Source of the DNA: Azolla caroliniana | Taxonomy: Eukaryota > Plantae > Polypodiophyta | DNA length: 64,000 nucleotides | Direction of reading: 5' to 3' | NCBI GenBank assembly: GCA_043228905.1 | Contig: JBHGNT010000002.1 | Coordinates: 27,404,001 to 27,468,000 of the forward strand | Shown: piece by piece, positions 13,368 through 26,221 of the stretch | Layout of the letters: each line of letters begins with the position of its first letter | How positions within the stretch are numbered: the first letter of the stretch is position 1 | Notes under the pieces: model-generated | What the model was told of the DNA's origin: nothing | The model's database searches: none | The model's input: only the letters and a program-made list of their open reading frames with translations | Made by a program: the position numbers and the translations under genes

Positions 13368-16300
13368 ATGATATCCGCTGATGACCATGAAGACAGTGAT
13401 CATCACTACCGTCGTTGCGAGGACAGGATTCATGAGCAGATAGAGTTCTCCTCTTCAACCTTTGATCCGAACCTCGCTGAAGCCGATGAGATTGTTGCCC
13501 CTTCTTCAAGTTATGATGATTTCCTCACACCGCTTCCTCAACATTTGCTCCCGGATTTCACTACAGGTCTCTGGGATGTAAATCCTTCTTCTTCTTGGTA
13601 TGTATATCTATATGTACATACATACATACATTCGTATGAATGTGTATGTATATTCCTGTATGTATGTATGCACGTATGTTAACATTTGTTTCTTCTTGAG
13701 TGATTGGAAAGATTCATGGATAGTGTTTGGGAATGTTTGTGTATACACTTCTTTCTTCTTTACTGTTTCGGAAATTGTTTCCTTTGCTTTTTGGAAAATA
13801 TTTGCCTCGAAATTCTCCTTTTTACTCAAAATTTGGCAAATGTTTCTTTGATTTTTTTGTTTAAAACTTTTTCTTGGTTAGTTTTCCTTAGTGATTTTTT
13901 CCTTAGTCTTCTTTAGAGAAATACTTTTTCTTTTCATTTTTCAGGAAAATTTCCTTTTAAGTGTTCTTCTCTATGTTAGAATTCTGGAAACGCTTCGATT
14001 AAAATTTCTTAGTTGTAGTGTGGCGTATTTATTTGTTAGCATCATACTGCAGACGAGCTAAACTCTGTTGGCAGCTTTTTGAGAACATATGTTTGGGGAA
14101 CACCATCCTGAAATGTTACGGAGCAACAAAGCATTTGGCTGAGTCTATGCCTTACGGACTTGCCAATGAATCTATGCCTTAAGGACTTGCCTATGAATTT
14201 ATGCCTTAGTTCGCCATCATTTTCTTCTTATGTCCTCTTTTATGCTTTTTTCACCACTAGTCTTCCCTCTTTGCTGTTTTAATAGGTAATGCTGCATTCT
14301 CCAAAGCTTTTGTTTCTTCATTAATTGCTAGCCAAGCGTTCTGTTTATTAAAAGTGTTGATTGTGATCTGGTTTTCTTGTTTGAGTGTATCATTACTTTA
14401 TTTTTGTGATTGCAGTCTTGCTGTGGGTGGTAATGTAAATGACCGATTGTCTGCACGAAGGTCTCTTAAAGCAGATAGGGAGAAAATAAGAAGGGATAAG
14501 TTGAATGAACAGTTCTCAGAGCTTGCTAGTTCTCTAGGTAAATGATGTTTTTTGATGATATGTACGGAGAGAAGATTTTCTTTGATATTCTGGGCCTCCT
14601 TGATGATATACTTTGTTTTCGTTTTTTGTAGAGCTAGATTGGCAAAAGAATGACAAAGCTACTATTCTAGTTGAAAGTATCCAACTAATGAAAGACCTTC
14701 GGGCAGAGGTGAAGCGGTTAAAGATACAACATGAAGCTCTTCTGGAGGAATCTCGTGATGTGCGTGAGGGCTTCATGTCCATGAGTTTAATGTCTCCTAA
14801 TGCAAAATCCTATAGAAAGCTTGTTATTTCAAGAATGTGGTTCAAGATTACCAATTCACTAATTTATGAATTCTAGAATTGCATTCAAATTCTCAACCCT
14901 CTAACTCAAGCATTTAATTTTATCTTTTAAAAGCTTAAACAAGAAAGGAAGGATTTACGAGAGGAGAAAGCAACCTTGAAGAATGAAACGAGTCAGCTAC
15001 AAAGCCAGATCCAAGAATGCATGCCATGGTTGGGTTCTTCAAGGATGATTGATGGAGCAACTTTTCCTTACCCATTGTCTCTTCATCATCCTTATCAAAC
15101 AAATCCTCCCACAGATTCTAGTGCGATATCAGGACCACCTCATCCCATCCTTCCACCTACACCATACATGCCTATAATGTCTCCTCTAGGAGGAGGTGGA
15201 GCATTTCATGTGCCTTCAGGTACTCCATCCTATGCTATGTTTGGGAATAGATCTGGAGATGGTGTAGGGATTCACCCTTATTCAACTTATGCAACACTCT
15301 CACACACACCTTTACATGTGGAGAGGCCATATGCTCAATACCCTTCTCCTCTTCAACCTGTTCCTGGCTACATTCTGCCCTCTACGTTGCCAGTATCTGA
15401 ACATCATGAAACCTCAACTTCATCCTCGAATATATCTTTGCATAATCCTCAGAATTCCAATTCACATCAACAGAGGAGAAGTGGAACTTCCAAAGGTGGC
15501 AATGTTCCTCCACATCAGGAAGAAAGTGCGAGATTCCAATCTCCTATTACTCAGGTTTGTTGTGACGGGATTGCCTGTTAATTAGTTTTTCCTTTTGGTA
15601 TATTGGATTTTCCATAGAATTTAGTGACCATTAAATCTGGTTTGGTTTTATCTTGTCATTGAGTTTATTATGTAGTTAAATTTCTAGATCTGGTTTGCTT
15701 TATAATTTGGAGACTGGAATAATTTATTTTGATGTTTATCTTTTGTTGATTTGCCCACTGTAGCTGAGCTCATAGTATGATTTTTCTCTTTTCCTTGATC
15801 AAGATTAGGGATCATCAGTCAAGGAGGATTACTTAAATTCTAGTTTTACTCTATTAAAATGTTGTTTTATTAATCATAGTAAATGCCATGCATTTTCGAA
15901 CACTTAATTTGAAATAGTAATAAAAGGCCACTCATGTGCAAGCTGACCTTATGACCTGTTTTGCTTGTTTATTCTTTTAAGACGCCAATTCTGGAAATCA
16001 CATTCTGATATTTTAAAACACCAATCCATGAAATTGGATGCATTCTGATATTTTGAGATACAAATTTTATGATTGGGATACCATGTAGTCTTTCAACATA
16101 TAAATTTATGAAATTGAGACCATCCTGGTCTCATAAGAAACACAAAATAGAAGCATTCTGGTCTTTTGAGAAACAAAAAATTGAAACATTCTGATCTTAT
16201 AAGAACAAACTTATACATTCTATAAAAAATTGATACAGATTCACACACAATATGTTGTTTAGCTCTACCATTGACATGTTGTGTGATCTATCTATCTTTT

Positions 16301-16538
16301 TTATTTGTTCATGCAGGAAAAGCAGGATAATGCGAGGACAGTGACGTCAAAATTACAACATATAGAACCCACAGAGCAATGTATCTTTTCTACGCTTATG
16401 AAGAAGAACCAAGACTTCTCTCCAACTGAGACTGACCTATATATTATTATTGATGGAAACACACTTTCTGGTAAAAGCTTGTCAGAAATGGAGAGTGAGA
16501 TTGAACTTGATGCCATTCTGAGGCCACCTGCTGCATAA
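13368..16538 (+). CDS. bHLH subgroup IVb transcription factor (bHLH121/URI/bHLH11-like), about 440 aa; exons 13368-13597, 14416-14537, 14632-14759, 14934-15554, 16317-16538
   Basis: Spliced domain ARRSLKADREKIRRDKLNEQFSELASSLELDWQKNDKATIL...EESRD|LKQERKDLREEKATLK is a bHLH plus leucine zipper typical of IVb. All introns are GT..AG and their phases sum to an intact frame (1323 nt). The last exon is less certain. Confidence 0.88.
14141..14209. repeat. About 3 x 26-bp tandem repeat in bHLH intron 1
   Basis: Unit similar to GAATCTATGCCTTAAGGACTTGCCAAT, repeated. Confidence 0.75.
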
Positions 16539-17779
16539 GTAACCTTTTGGGAATGTTATTATCATTGTAAATTGTATATCAACAAATAAAACCATTGCTA
16601 ATTGTGGGTTTGAATCATACATCATGATATATATACCCACAAGAGATGTGTCTAATTCAAGGAAGCATTGGGATCCTCATAAAATTCTTTGCTAATTATG
16701 GATTTGAATTGTTCATCATACATCTCCAAGAGATGCATCCGATGCATCTAATTCAAACAAGCATTGGGATCATTTTGTAACAACTTTGATCTATAGGCGT
16801 CCATGTTATAGTATAGAAAGTGCTTGTCTGGCTAACTACCAATGCATATAAAAATGTGAAGTTGATATATGCATATATCAATTTTTTTCTACCGAGCTAA
16901 TGTACAATATCCAAAAGAATGCGTTTAGTAGGCATTGTTTACTATGCCATTACTCTTTATTTACTTATAATAATATATCACTAATGTGATCCTGGATTCT
17001 GGGTGATTTGAAAGCCTAGATTGAGGTAGGCTTTTGATTCGTTTTTGGATCAACCACATGGTTTTGGTAGGACACAATCTATTCCTATTCCTGCTCAATC
17101 TAGCCCTTCACATTTAAAAATTCCATTTTGTTGTCATATACCATTCTGCCTTTTAGATAATAGGGACTACTATATTATATACAAAAGGAAAGCAACATGC
17201 ACCTTTCTTTAATGATATATCGAAGAAAGCTTATGACAATATACATTGTATGTGACCAAAAGAAAATCTGTGATAAAGACTTCCACACATTTTAAAAAGT
17301 CGTTGATGTAGTTCCAAAAGAGCTAAAAGGCAAATATTATTAGTTTCTATTTGCACTTAGTTCAGAGGTTGGGACTTCTATGAAGTTTTTTTTATTCAAA
17401 ACTACATTATAACCTACCTATTTTGTGTTCAGGGATCAAACTCTTGTAATAGGAGAAGAATGTTGTGTGTCTGATAAATGATCCTCCAAGTCTTTTGAAG
17501 TTTGGATACCTGTTTTGTCTATATGGCCTGAAGTTTTTGGACTTTCCTAGAAAGTGGAAGCATTTTCTACCCATATTCCAATTTAGTAATGACATGTGAT
17601 TGAGTCGGTGATTCAGAGAACTTCTATAAATCCCATTTGTGCCCAATACTATTTAATAACAATTCTCTCTAAAGCATATATTAGGGATGCTAGTCATTCA
17701 AAATCCAAATTACAATGAAGCTTCATACTAACAACGTGGAATGATATTTGGTGATTGTTTTCTTACAATGTATCGAAGG

Positions 17780-17906
17780 TAGAGTAGATTGGTAAAGTGA
17801 TTGATTAATTATCCATGGAATGACAATGCTTAACAACAGTTCACAACTTATAGAGTAGATTGGTAAAGTGATTGATTAATTATCCATGGAATGAAAATGC
17901 TTAACA
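17780..17906. repeat. Tandem duplication, 71-bp period
   Basis: TAGAGTAGATTGGTAAAGTGATTGATTAATTATCCATGGAATGA at 17780 and 17851. Confidence 0.85.
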
Positions 17907-19565
17907 CTTCACAACAATTTATCTTGTTTTGTGGTGGAACAAAGTTCTTTCTACAAGCCCCCTTAGGTTTATCTCCTTGTTCCCTAACTTGTGTTATAGG
18001 CATACCTTGTGATAACTAACCCCTCAAGAACACCTTGCCTCTAAACATACATGGTAAATGTTGCAAGCCGTGATATCTTCACTTGAAAATAGTGCACTCA
18101 TTGCATCAAATGTACACTTTCACTCATGCATCATGCAATTTATTCGTTGAACATTGTAAAATCATGCTCAATACAATGGCTTAAAATTTGGGGGTTTATT
18201 ATGTAATAAAAATGGTGCATTAGAACATTTGTTTATCACACTTTTGATCATGCATCATATGCAAATTATTGTAGATATGAATGGTACGTTTAGATTTTAT
18301 CTCTTTGAATAGTTAGATCAAGTAACAAAAAAGTTAGTAGTTGCAACTAGGGCTTGAAATTATGACATATCTTCACCTAAGACATGAGTATAGATAATTA
18401 GTGCCTCAACATTCAACTTATATATGATGTTCAATAGATTATGGCAATATTTCCTCAAGTGAAAAAACTACACATATATGAGCTACGAACACATTCTCTA
18501 TAGGTTGCATGTTGAGAATTGAAATAGTCAAATGTGTCAAAATGCAAGAAGAAATGTTATTAGTAAAACTCAATAATAACATCAAATTAGCGAATGAATG
18601 TGTTAAATATAGTATTTAAATATGTCTTGCTAATGAGTCTATAACATCCCCAAAGGTTTATGTTGCTCGAGAAGTTTTTGTATCAACCTATTGCCAACCA
18701 AATATATTAAAAAGAAGCATAGATATGGACTTGACTTTTTCAGATATTGAACAAACGTCATACAAATGATACCCTATACAATGTATGCTAGAGTTTTGAG
18801 ATCGCATAAGCATGCCATACACTACATGGTAAAAAAGTCTTGGAATTGAATATATCCCATCATCTCTTTGGAAGGAAGGTCTACACCCATTACAATTACC
18901 CATGACAGAATCTACACAATGGAATGGAATATGTAAGTGCTCTCAAGCCATGATGTTTCTAATTGTCATAGAAAATGCCTCTTACATCCCATCCAGTATG
19001 CCTACAATGCGACAATTAGATTCTAGGAACAACATAATAATATTGATCGAAAGTTCAATAGACAATTAGTGATCAACGACATTCATACGAAAAGGAAGTC
19101 CTTGTCCCTAGATCTGTTCTATTTATTACATACCATGGGAGCTCAATCATTCATTGATTCTACATGGGGAGCGAAGTTATGGTCGATTGAGAGTAGACTT
19201 GTCTGTATGTCTATATCTAGTGTTGGGTTGGGGAATACATACATACATACATACATACATACATACATAATTGTGGAGGTTTTACAGCCCAAACTTCTGA
19301 TGTTGATTCACTTTTCATGCCTTCCAATTATCCCAATGCTGACGATGATGCCACATCATGCCCATATGCATACAAATGGCTCCTCTTCAGCAGCAGTATC
19401 AGCAAGTAAACGTTTCTTTTCATGAGAATTCATCAAAGATCAACTTCTACCATACTCCTCTGTGCAAAGATGGACCCTTTCACTGACATGGAGATACCCA
19501 GAGATCAAAAACCAAGTGATGGGATATGTTTTTTCGGATATCCTAAACCATAGCCAAGACCCAAA

Positions 19566-22500
19566 ATGAGGAGGAGGAGGAGGAAGAAGAAGAAGAAGAA
19601 GAAGAAGACAATAGAAAAAAGAAATATGCCATTTCGAGCATCTATTGAAGACCTTTGTCACAGGTTGCATCAATGCAGACAGAAGAAGGACCTCCAGGAA
19701 GCATTGAGTTTATATGAATACATGCAGAAAGGAGGTTTTGAATACCATCGATTATTTGGAAACAGCGTTGTTTTGATGCTTACAGAGATAGGATTTATAG
19801 ACATTGCATGCAGTGTATTTAGAAAGATAAACTATAGAAATGACCGAGCTTGGTACGTTCTCATCTATGGTTATATCAAGGCTAAGAAGCCCCAGGAGGC
19901 TCTTCAGTTATACCAAGAAATGGAAAGCAATGAATCAATACAAACAAGTGGTCATATATATGTTGCTATATTGAAAGCATGTGCGATGTTGAAAGATCTT
20001 GAGAGAGGAATTCAAATACATTCGAAGATAGATAAACTTGGTTTGCTAAGAAATGATATTTATGTTGGTAGTGCTTTGGTAGATATGTATGTGAAATGTG
20101 GTTTAATTGTTAAAGCGCAGAAAGTGTTCGATTTTCTCCCATTCCATGATGTTGTGATGTGGAATTCATTGATTCATGGTTATGCCAAATATGGTCATGA
20201 AGTTGAAGCGCTTAAATGCTTTGAGAAGATGCAACTTGATGGTATTGACCCTACGGTCATAACGTTTGTCTGTGTCTTGAAAGCCTGTGGTCCTATAGGC
20301 GATGTGAGGAAGGGTGTCGAAATACATGATGAGCTCAAAAGAAGAAAACTATTGGAAGGAAACATTTTCCTTGGAAATACTTTGGTTGATATGTATGTGA
20401 AATGGGGTTGGCTTGCAAAAGCACAAGAAGTGTTTGATAAACTTCCGATCCGAGATGTAGTTACTTGGAATGCACTCATTGCTGGATATGTTGAGCATGG
20501 ACATGGAAAGAGAGCTCTTGAATGTTTCAAACAAATGAAACTTGCATGTATTTCACCAGATCCTGTTACTTATATTTGCACCTTAAAAGCTTGTGCTAGC
20601 ATAAGAGATATCAATAAGGGTTGTGAACTGCATGAGGAGATCTCCCAAAGAGGTTTCTTGGATCAAGACGTCACCTTAGGGAATGTGCTTGTAGACCTGT
20701 ATGCTAAATGTGGCTTGCTTGTTAAAGCGCGCAATGTGTTTGACATGCTACGAGTTCAAAATGTAGTCTCTTGGAATACACTTATTTCTGGATATGTTAC
20801 ACATGGTCATGGTGAGGAAGCACTTACGTGTTTCAAAGAAATGCTAAACCGAGGTTTCGACCCAGACAATGCCACATATATTTCAAGCTTGAAAGCTTGT
20901 AGTCTTATAAAAGCCTTAGATATGGGTCAAGATATACATGCTGAGATTGAAAGGAAAGGGTTGTTGCATACAGATGTTCTTGTTAGCAGCATATTGGTTG
21001 ATATGTATGCTAAATGTGGCGTAGTTGCCAAAGCACAAGAGGTATTTGACAAATTTCCAATACGAGGTCTTATTGCATGGACAGCATTGATCTCGGGATA
21101 CACTGAAAATGGTCATGCTGAAGAAGCACTCAATTGTTTTGAGAAAATGAAACTTGATGGTTTTTCACCAGATGCTATTACATTTGTCTGCAGCTTAAAA
21201 GCGTGTGGTAACTTGAAAGCCATAGACAAGGGTCAAGAGATACATGCTGAGATTGAGAAAAGTGGGCTTCTAGAAAAAGACCCATATGTCGGTAGTGTTT
21301 TGGTTGATATATATGCAAAATGGGGCTTGCTTGCCAAAGCATGGCAAGTATTTGACGTAATTCCAATTCGAGATGCAATCACATGGAATGCACTAATTAA
21401 CGGATACTCAGAACTGGGGTATGGTGAGGAATCTCTGAATTGTTATGAAATGATGCGAGTTGAGGGTGTTTCTCCAACTGTTGTCACATACGTTTGCACT
21501 TTGAAAGCTTGTTCCAACATAGGAGCCATAGACAAGGGAAATGAAATACATTCTGATATTGAAAAAAATAGTCTCCTAGAAAGCGATCTTTTTGTAGCTA
21601 ACACCTTGATCGATATGTATGCCAAATTTGAAATGTTTACAAAAGCAAAAGAAGTGTTTAACAAGCTTCCTGTTCGGGATGTTGTGTCATGGAATGCACT
21701 GATTTCAGGTTATGTTGAACATGGTCATGCTGAAGAGGCATTGGATTATTTTAATCAGATGCAAGTGGATGGTATACCTGCAAATGCTGTTACTTTCACT
21801 TGTGCTATGAAAGCTTGTGGTAATATTGCGGCAGTAGACAAAGCTTCTGAAATACACACTGAAGTTGAAAGGTCAGGATTGCTTGAAAGAGATGTTTCTG
21901 TTGGTAGCACTTTAGTAGATATGTATGTTCAATGCGGATTGATCTCCAAAGCTCAAAGTGTGTTTGATAAACTCCCTGTTCGAGATGTGGTCTCATGGAC
22001 AGCATTGATTGCTGGCCATACTGAACAGGGTAATGGGGAAGAGGCAATTCAATGCCTTGAAAAAATGCAGTTTGAAGGCTTTCCCTTAGATGCATTCATA
22101 TTAGTTTGCAGCCTTAAAGCTTGTGGTAGTATAGGGGCTACAAAGAAAGGGCAAGAAATCCATGCTGAAATAGAAAGAAGAGGTTTGCTAGAAACTGACC
22201 TTATTGTTGGAAATAGCTTGGTCAGTATGTATATCAAATGTGGCTCCTTGTTTAGAGCACAAAGTGTTTTTGACCACCTTGCAGTCAGAGATATAATATC
22301 GTGGAATACTCTATTAGGAGGATATACCCACCTCAGTGAAAGTGGCAATGTCTTTGATACGTTCAATAGGATGGTAGGTGAAGGTATAAAACCAGGTCCA
22401 GTAACATTTCTCATTGTTCTTAATGCATGCAGTCGTAAAGGTTTATACCAGAAAGGACAGAGTTACCTTGAATCCATGAGTAAAGACTATGGGGTAGCTC

Positions 22501-22760
22501 CAACTTTAGAGCACCATACATGTATCATAGATCTCCTTAGCCGTAAAGGTCAACTAAATGAGGCAGTATCAATTATAAATGATGTGCCCTTTTCTCCTGA
22601 TCTTGTGACTTGGAAAACGGTGCTTGTTGCTTGCATGAAGTCTGGAAATGTGGAATTTGGAAGACAAGCCTTTGAGCGTGCATTAGTCTTAAATGGGAAA
22701 CATGCTATACCCTATGTTATGATGTCTAAAATCTATGCAGAAACAAAGGTTGAGTCTTGA
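19566..22760 (+). CDS. PLS-class PPR protein, E subgroup (about 28 motifs, E1 plus truncated E2, no DYW); likely organellar RNA-editing specificity factor; true start possibly ATG 19626
   Basis: Intronless 1064-aa ORF with regular ~102-aa P-L-S triplets (DVVSWNALI..Y, TFVCSLKAC, GNTLVDMYAKCG). It ends with P2-L2-S2 (PTLEHHTCIIDLLSRKG) and E motifs (VTWKTVLVAC, PYVMMSKIYA). Confidence 0.95.
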   Translation: MRRRRRKKKKKKKKTIEKRNMPFRASIEDLCHRLHQCRQKKDLQEALSLYEYMQKGGFEYHRLFGNSVVLMLTEIGFIDIACSVFRKINYRNDRAWYVLIYGYIKAKKPQEALQLYQEMESNESIQTSGHIYVAILKACAMLKDLERGIQIHSKIDKLGLLRNDIYVGSALVDMYVKCGLIVKAQKVFDFLPFHDVVMWNSLIHGYAKYGHEVEALKCFEKMQLDGIDPTVITFVCVLKACGPIGDVRKGVEIHDELKRRKLLEGNIFLGNTLVDMYVKWGWLAKAQEVFDKLPIRDVVTWNALIAGYVEHGHGKRALECFKQMKLACISPDPVTYICTLKACASIRDINKGCELHEEISQRGFLDQDVTLGNVLVDLYAKCGLLVKARNVFDMLRVQNVVSWNTLISGYVTHGHGEEALTCFKEMLNRGFDPDNATYISSLKACSLIKALDMGQDIHAEIERKGLLHTDVLVSSILVDMYAKCGVVAKAQEVFDKFPIRGLIAWTALISGYTENGHAEEALNCFEKMKLDGFSPDAITFVCSLKACGNLKAIDKGQEIHAEIEKSGLLEKDPYVGSVLVDIYAKWGLLAKAWQVFDVIPIRDAITWNALINGYSELGYGEESLNCYEMMRVEGVSPTVVTYVCTLKACSNIGAIDKGNEIHSDIEKNSLLESDLFVANTLIDMYAKFEMFTKAKEVFNKLPVRDVVSWNALISGYVEHGHAEEALDYFNQMQVDGIPANAVTFTCAMKACGNIAAVDKASEIHTEVERSGLLERDVSVGSTLVDMYVQCGLISKAQSVFDKLPVRDVVSWTALIAGHTEQGNGEEAIQCLEKMQFEGFPLDAFILVCSLKACGSIGATKKGQEIHAEIERRGLLETDLIVGNSLVSMYIKCGSLFRAQSVFDHLAVRDIISWNTLLGGYTHLSESGNVFDTFNRMVGEGIKPGPVTFLIVLNACSRKGLYQKGQSYLESMSKDYGVAPTLEHHTCIIDLLSRKGQLNEAVSIINDVPFSPDLVTWKTVLVACMKSGNVEFGRQAFERALVLNGKHAIPYVMMSKIYAETKVES

Positions 22761-23606
22761 AACAATGCCTGTCAGAAATTTCATTACTGTTGGTACAGAG
22801 TTAAACAACCATCAATGGATGGATATAGGACTTCTTATGGTCACAAGCTTCCCAAGTCATTCTATCATATGGTTCCTCATTATTGGCATGCGGTCTCCTC
22901 TACTTGGGAGTTTTGTTCCCTTGGGGTTTCAGTTTAATGTTCCTATTCAGCAGTCATGGATGTTGGCATTAACTCATTGAATTCATTATTTGGGCTCACA
23001 ATAAATGGAAAATTTTGACTGACCAAGAGGCTACATGAAAAAAAGTTGGTGGAGATTTTGTGACACATTTGATAGTGGTAAAATTACTCCTTCACACCTC
23101 AACAGTACTTGGTTGTTTGATGGAACATTGACGCCTGAAGGGGGCTTCATTGAATATTGGCATTGGTGAACTTTAATAGGTAGTGAAATACTTACAGCCC
23201 CGGTGACAAAGAGCTGACAATGTGAACTCTTGTCAAAGAGCTGACTTTTGTTTGTTGGGCGAGTTTTTCAATTAATTTAGGTGAAACTTGCTTCGAACCC
23301 CAGGCATGACAATTGCATTGACTCTCTGTTTTCTACTAGGCAAATCATCTGTAGGAGGGTAGGCAAGTGGTACGGGCCTCTTAACTTCTTTCCAGCTTTC
23401 GTCTGACAGAAGATATCACTTGTTTTACCTGCAGTTGGTTGGGACCATAATAACATAACAGTGGAGGCCACTGACTCTATTAACCTTCTGGCACTAGGCT
23501 GGCCTTTTGTTCAACATTAATCTTAGTGCTTAGTGCATAAAAGAGCACATTCATCCAAATCCATTTGTTCCAGAATAACTTTAAAATGTCACTCAGTTCA
23601 TTAATT

Positions 23607-26042
23607 TCACGTTATTCTATTTGAGGTCTTATTCCAGGCTTGTTGGGAGCACAACTCATTGCCTGGCATCAAGCCTTTGGTCCCCATCCTATTTAATACA
23701 TCCTCAGCCTTAAGTGATTGACCTGTTGCAGTATAAATGTTTGCCAACATTATATAAGGTGTTGCATTATCTGGATCAAGTTTAAACAAAGCCTCAGCAG
23801 CCCACTCCCCGCGCCTTACATCTAAGTTGTTCCTACAGGCACTCAACATTGTGAGCCATGATACAACAGTTGCTTGAACTCTCATACTAAGAATCAATTC
23901 CTCAGCCTCGTCTAATCGTCCTGATCTCCCTAACAGGTCTATCATGCAATTATAGTGATCTATCATTGGTGTGATTCCATAGTCATCCTTCATAGATGCA
24001 AATTGTTGGCACCCCTCTCGAACTAAGCCAGCATGGCTACATGCTGAAAGAACATTAATAAATGTGATTTTGTCTGGAGTTACACCCTCTTGCTTCATTT
24101 GTTTAAAGACATTCAATGCATCTTTTCCTCTCCCAATTTGCGCATATGCTGCTATAATAGAGGACCAAGAGAACACATCTCTTTTCTGCAATTGCTTGAA
24201 TAGATTCCAAGCTACTTCTACACTACCACACCTTCCATACATATTAACCAGCTCATTTTGAATCATATCATCTGATTTGAATACACTGCCCGCGACTCGC
24301 GAATGCATTCTTTTTGCTTCTCCAAGGATAGCCACGTTTGCACATGCATCCAAATTGCTTATGAAAGTTACCCTATCTGGCATTGTCCCCTCCAGAAGCA
24401 TTTGTTCAAACATTGCCAGAGCTCTATTTCCCTGACCATTTTGAGCAAGAGAGGATATAACGGAATTCCATAAGATGGCATCACACTTGTCATTGATTGA
24501 ATGGAATAAAGCAACGGCATTGTTTGCCTGCCCATTTTGAGCAAATGCAGAAATCATTGCTGTGATACATACCATGTTATGCTCAGGCATTCGGTGAAAT
24601 ATCTCCATTGCATGATCCAAGCATAGAGACTTTCCATACATGTTAACAAGTGCAGTTCCAACAACTAAATCTGATTCAAAATCACAAGCAATTGCAGATG
24701 AGTGTAAATATTTTCCTGATACTAAGTATTGTTGGCCAGCAGCACAAGCCGAGAAAACACTTACAAATGTGATTTTGTTCGGCAACGTACCTTCTTGCTT
24801 CATATGGCCAAAAAGTTGGATTGCCTTCGAACCTTGCCCGTTACTCACAAATATTGATATCAAAGCATTCCAGCTAGTCTCATTATGTGTATTCATATCA
24901 TCAAATACTTTGTTTGCATCATCCATGTGCCCACATCTACCATACATATGAACTAGAGCATTTCCGAGTGTTATATTTGATTTTGATTTGACATCTAAAG
25001 TGTAACAATGAACGATTTTCCCATCAATAAAAGCAGATAAGGTAGCGCACACATCCAGCAAACTCACTAGAGTGACATCATCTGGCAACATGTGTTGATG
25101 CATTCGAAATCCAAGGGTAAGAGCTTCCCGTTCCTCTCCACTCTTAGCATATGCTCCAATCATGGCATTCCAGGAGACCACGTTTCTTTCTAACATAGCA
25201 TCAAACACATCTCTTGCATCCTCCAAACTACCACACCTTCCATACATACTAATCAGAGCATTGCATACCACCACATCATAATCAAACCCATTCTTCTTAA
25301 TGCATCGATGTATCTCCTTCCCTTCATTTAGTTCATCTCGACGGATGCATGCTGAGAGTATACTAATGAATGTCACTCTACTAGGGACGATGGCATCACC
25401 GTGTTGCAAGAGATGAAAAGCTCCTAGAGCCAGCTTACTCTTTCCATATAGAACATAAGTGTTGATCAATGCAGTCCACGATACCACATCTGGTGATGGC
25501 AAGTGATGAAACACCTGGATGGCATCATCCAAGTTACTACATTTGCTATACATGATGATGAGAGAGGTCCCCATAGCCACGTCGTACTTGAGTTCACTAC
25601 TCCATATTTGAGCATGTAAACGGCATCCCTGGGGAAGATGTGATCGATTCACGCACAATGAAAGAAGGCTCGAGAATGCGTTCTTTCCTGGGATAAGAGC
25701 TTCAGAGAGCATCCGGTAGAAACACGTATGAGCATTGCCAGGGCAGCCAAGGCGGGCACATATGCCAATCATGTGATGCCACGTGGACGGGTGATGCCGG
25801 GATGGAGGATCCATGGCATTAAAGAGGGAGAAGGCGTCTTGGATACAACCCAACTTGCAGTACATTTGGACCAAACCTCTCTGTGTGAGGCAATGGAATT
25901 CATGATCTTGAGGGAGGGATTTGATGATGTGGGCATGAAGAAGCTTACCTTGTGAGATGCTGTTGGTGGCATGGATGGGGCCACATAAGAAGCTTGTGAG
26001 AAGAAGAACTGATGAAGAAAACTCTGTTTTTCTTGTGTGCAT
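23607..26042 (-). CDS. PLS-class PPR protein, E subgroup (E1-E2, no DYW)
   Basis: Intronless 811-aa ORF with PLS triplets, HYNCMIDLLGRSGRLDEAE (S2), VSWLTMLSACR (E1) and TPYIMLANIY (E2). Confidence 0.95.
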   Translation of the reverse strand: MHTRKTEFSSSVLLLTSFLCGPIHATNSISQGKLLHAHIIKSLPQDHEFHCLTQRGLVQMYCKLGCIQDAFSLFNAMDPPSRHHPSTWHHMIGICARLGCPGNAHTCFYRMLSEALIPGKNAFSSLLSLCVNRSHLPQGCRLHAQIWSSELKYDVAMGTSLIIMYSKCSNLDDAIQVFHHLPSPDVVSWTALINTYVLYGKSKLALGAFHLLQHGDAIVPSRVTFISILSACIRRDELNEGKEIHRCIKKNGFDYDVVVCNALISMYGRCGSLEDARDVFDAMLERNVVSWNAMIGAYAKSGEEREALTLGFRMHQHMLPDDVTLVSLLDVCATLSAFIDGKIVHCYTLDVKSKSNITLGNALVHMYGRCGHMDDANKVFDDMNTHNETSWNALISIFVSNGQGSKAIQLFGHMKQEGTLPNKITFVSVFSACAAGQQYLVSGKYLHSSAIACDFESDLVVGTALVNMYGKSLCLDHAMEIFHRMPEHNMVCITAMISAFAQNGQANNAVALFHSINDKCDAILWNSVISSLAQNGQGNRALAMFEQMLLEGTMPDRVTFISNLDACANVAILGEAKRMHSRVAGSVFKSDDMIQNELVNMYGRCGSVEVAWNLFKQLQKRDVFSWSSIIAAYAQIGRGKDALNVFKQMKQEGVTPDKITFINVLSACSHAGLVREGCQQFASMKDDYGITPMIDHYNCMIDLLGRSGRLDEAEELILSMRVQATVVSWLTMLSACRNNLDVRRGEWAAEALFKLDPDNATPYIMLANIYTATGQSLKAEDVLNRMGTKGLMPGNELCSQQAWNKTSNRIT

Positions 26043-26221
26043 AATATATGTATATGGATCATGATGGGCCTTCCTCTACCTCCTCCAAAAATCACTCAAA
26101 TCTGTGAGAGTCTCTCGTTCAAACCACATTTACAGTCTACACCAAACCTATCGATTGAACTTTAAACCCCTCTTCAGAATTTGCTAAAATGTACCATCGT
26201 TAACTTGTAGATTTCATAATA

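Noticed and set aside
19566-19625. MRRRRRKKKKKKKK as a true NLS on a PPR protein
   Set aside because: It derives from a GAG/GAA microsatellite; the downstream ATG 19626 or an unseen 5' exon is equally likely.
23403-23420. miR156/157-like TGACAGAAGATA
   Set aside because: The match ends after about 12 nt and there is no hairpin partner.
22761-23600. DYW or DYW:KP (U-to-C) deaminase domain downstream of either PPR gene
   Set aside because: No PG box, HSE/HAE or CxxC motif was found in the frames examined.
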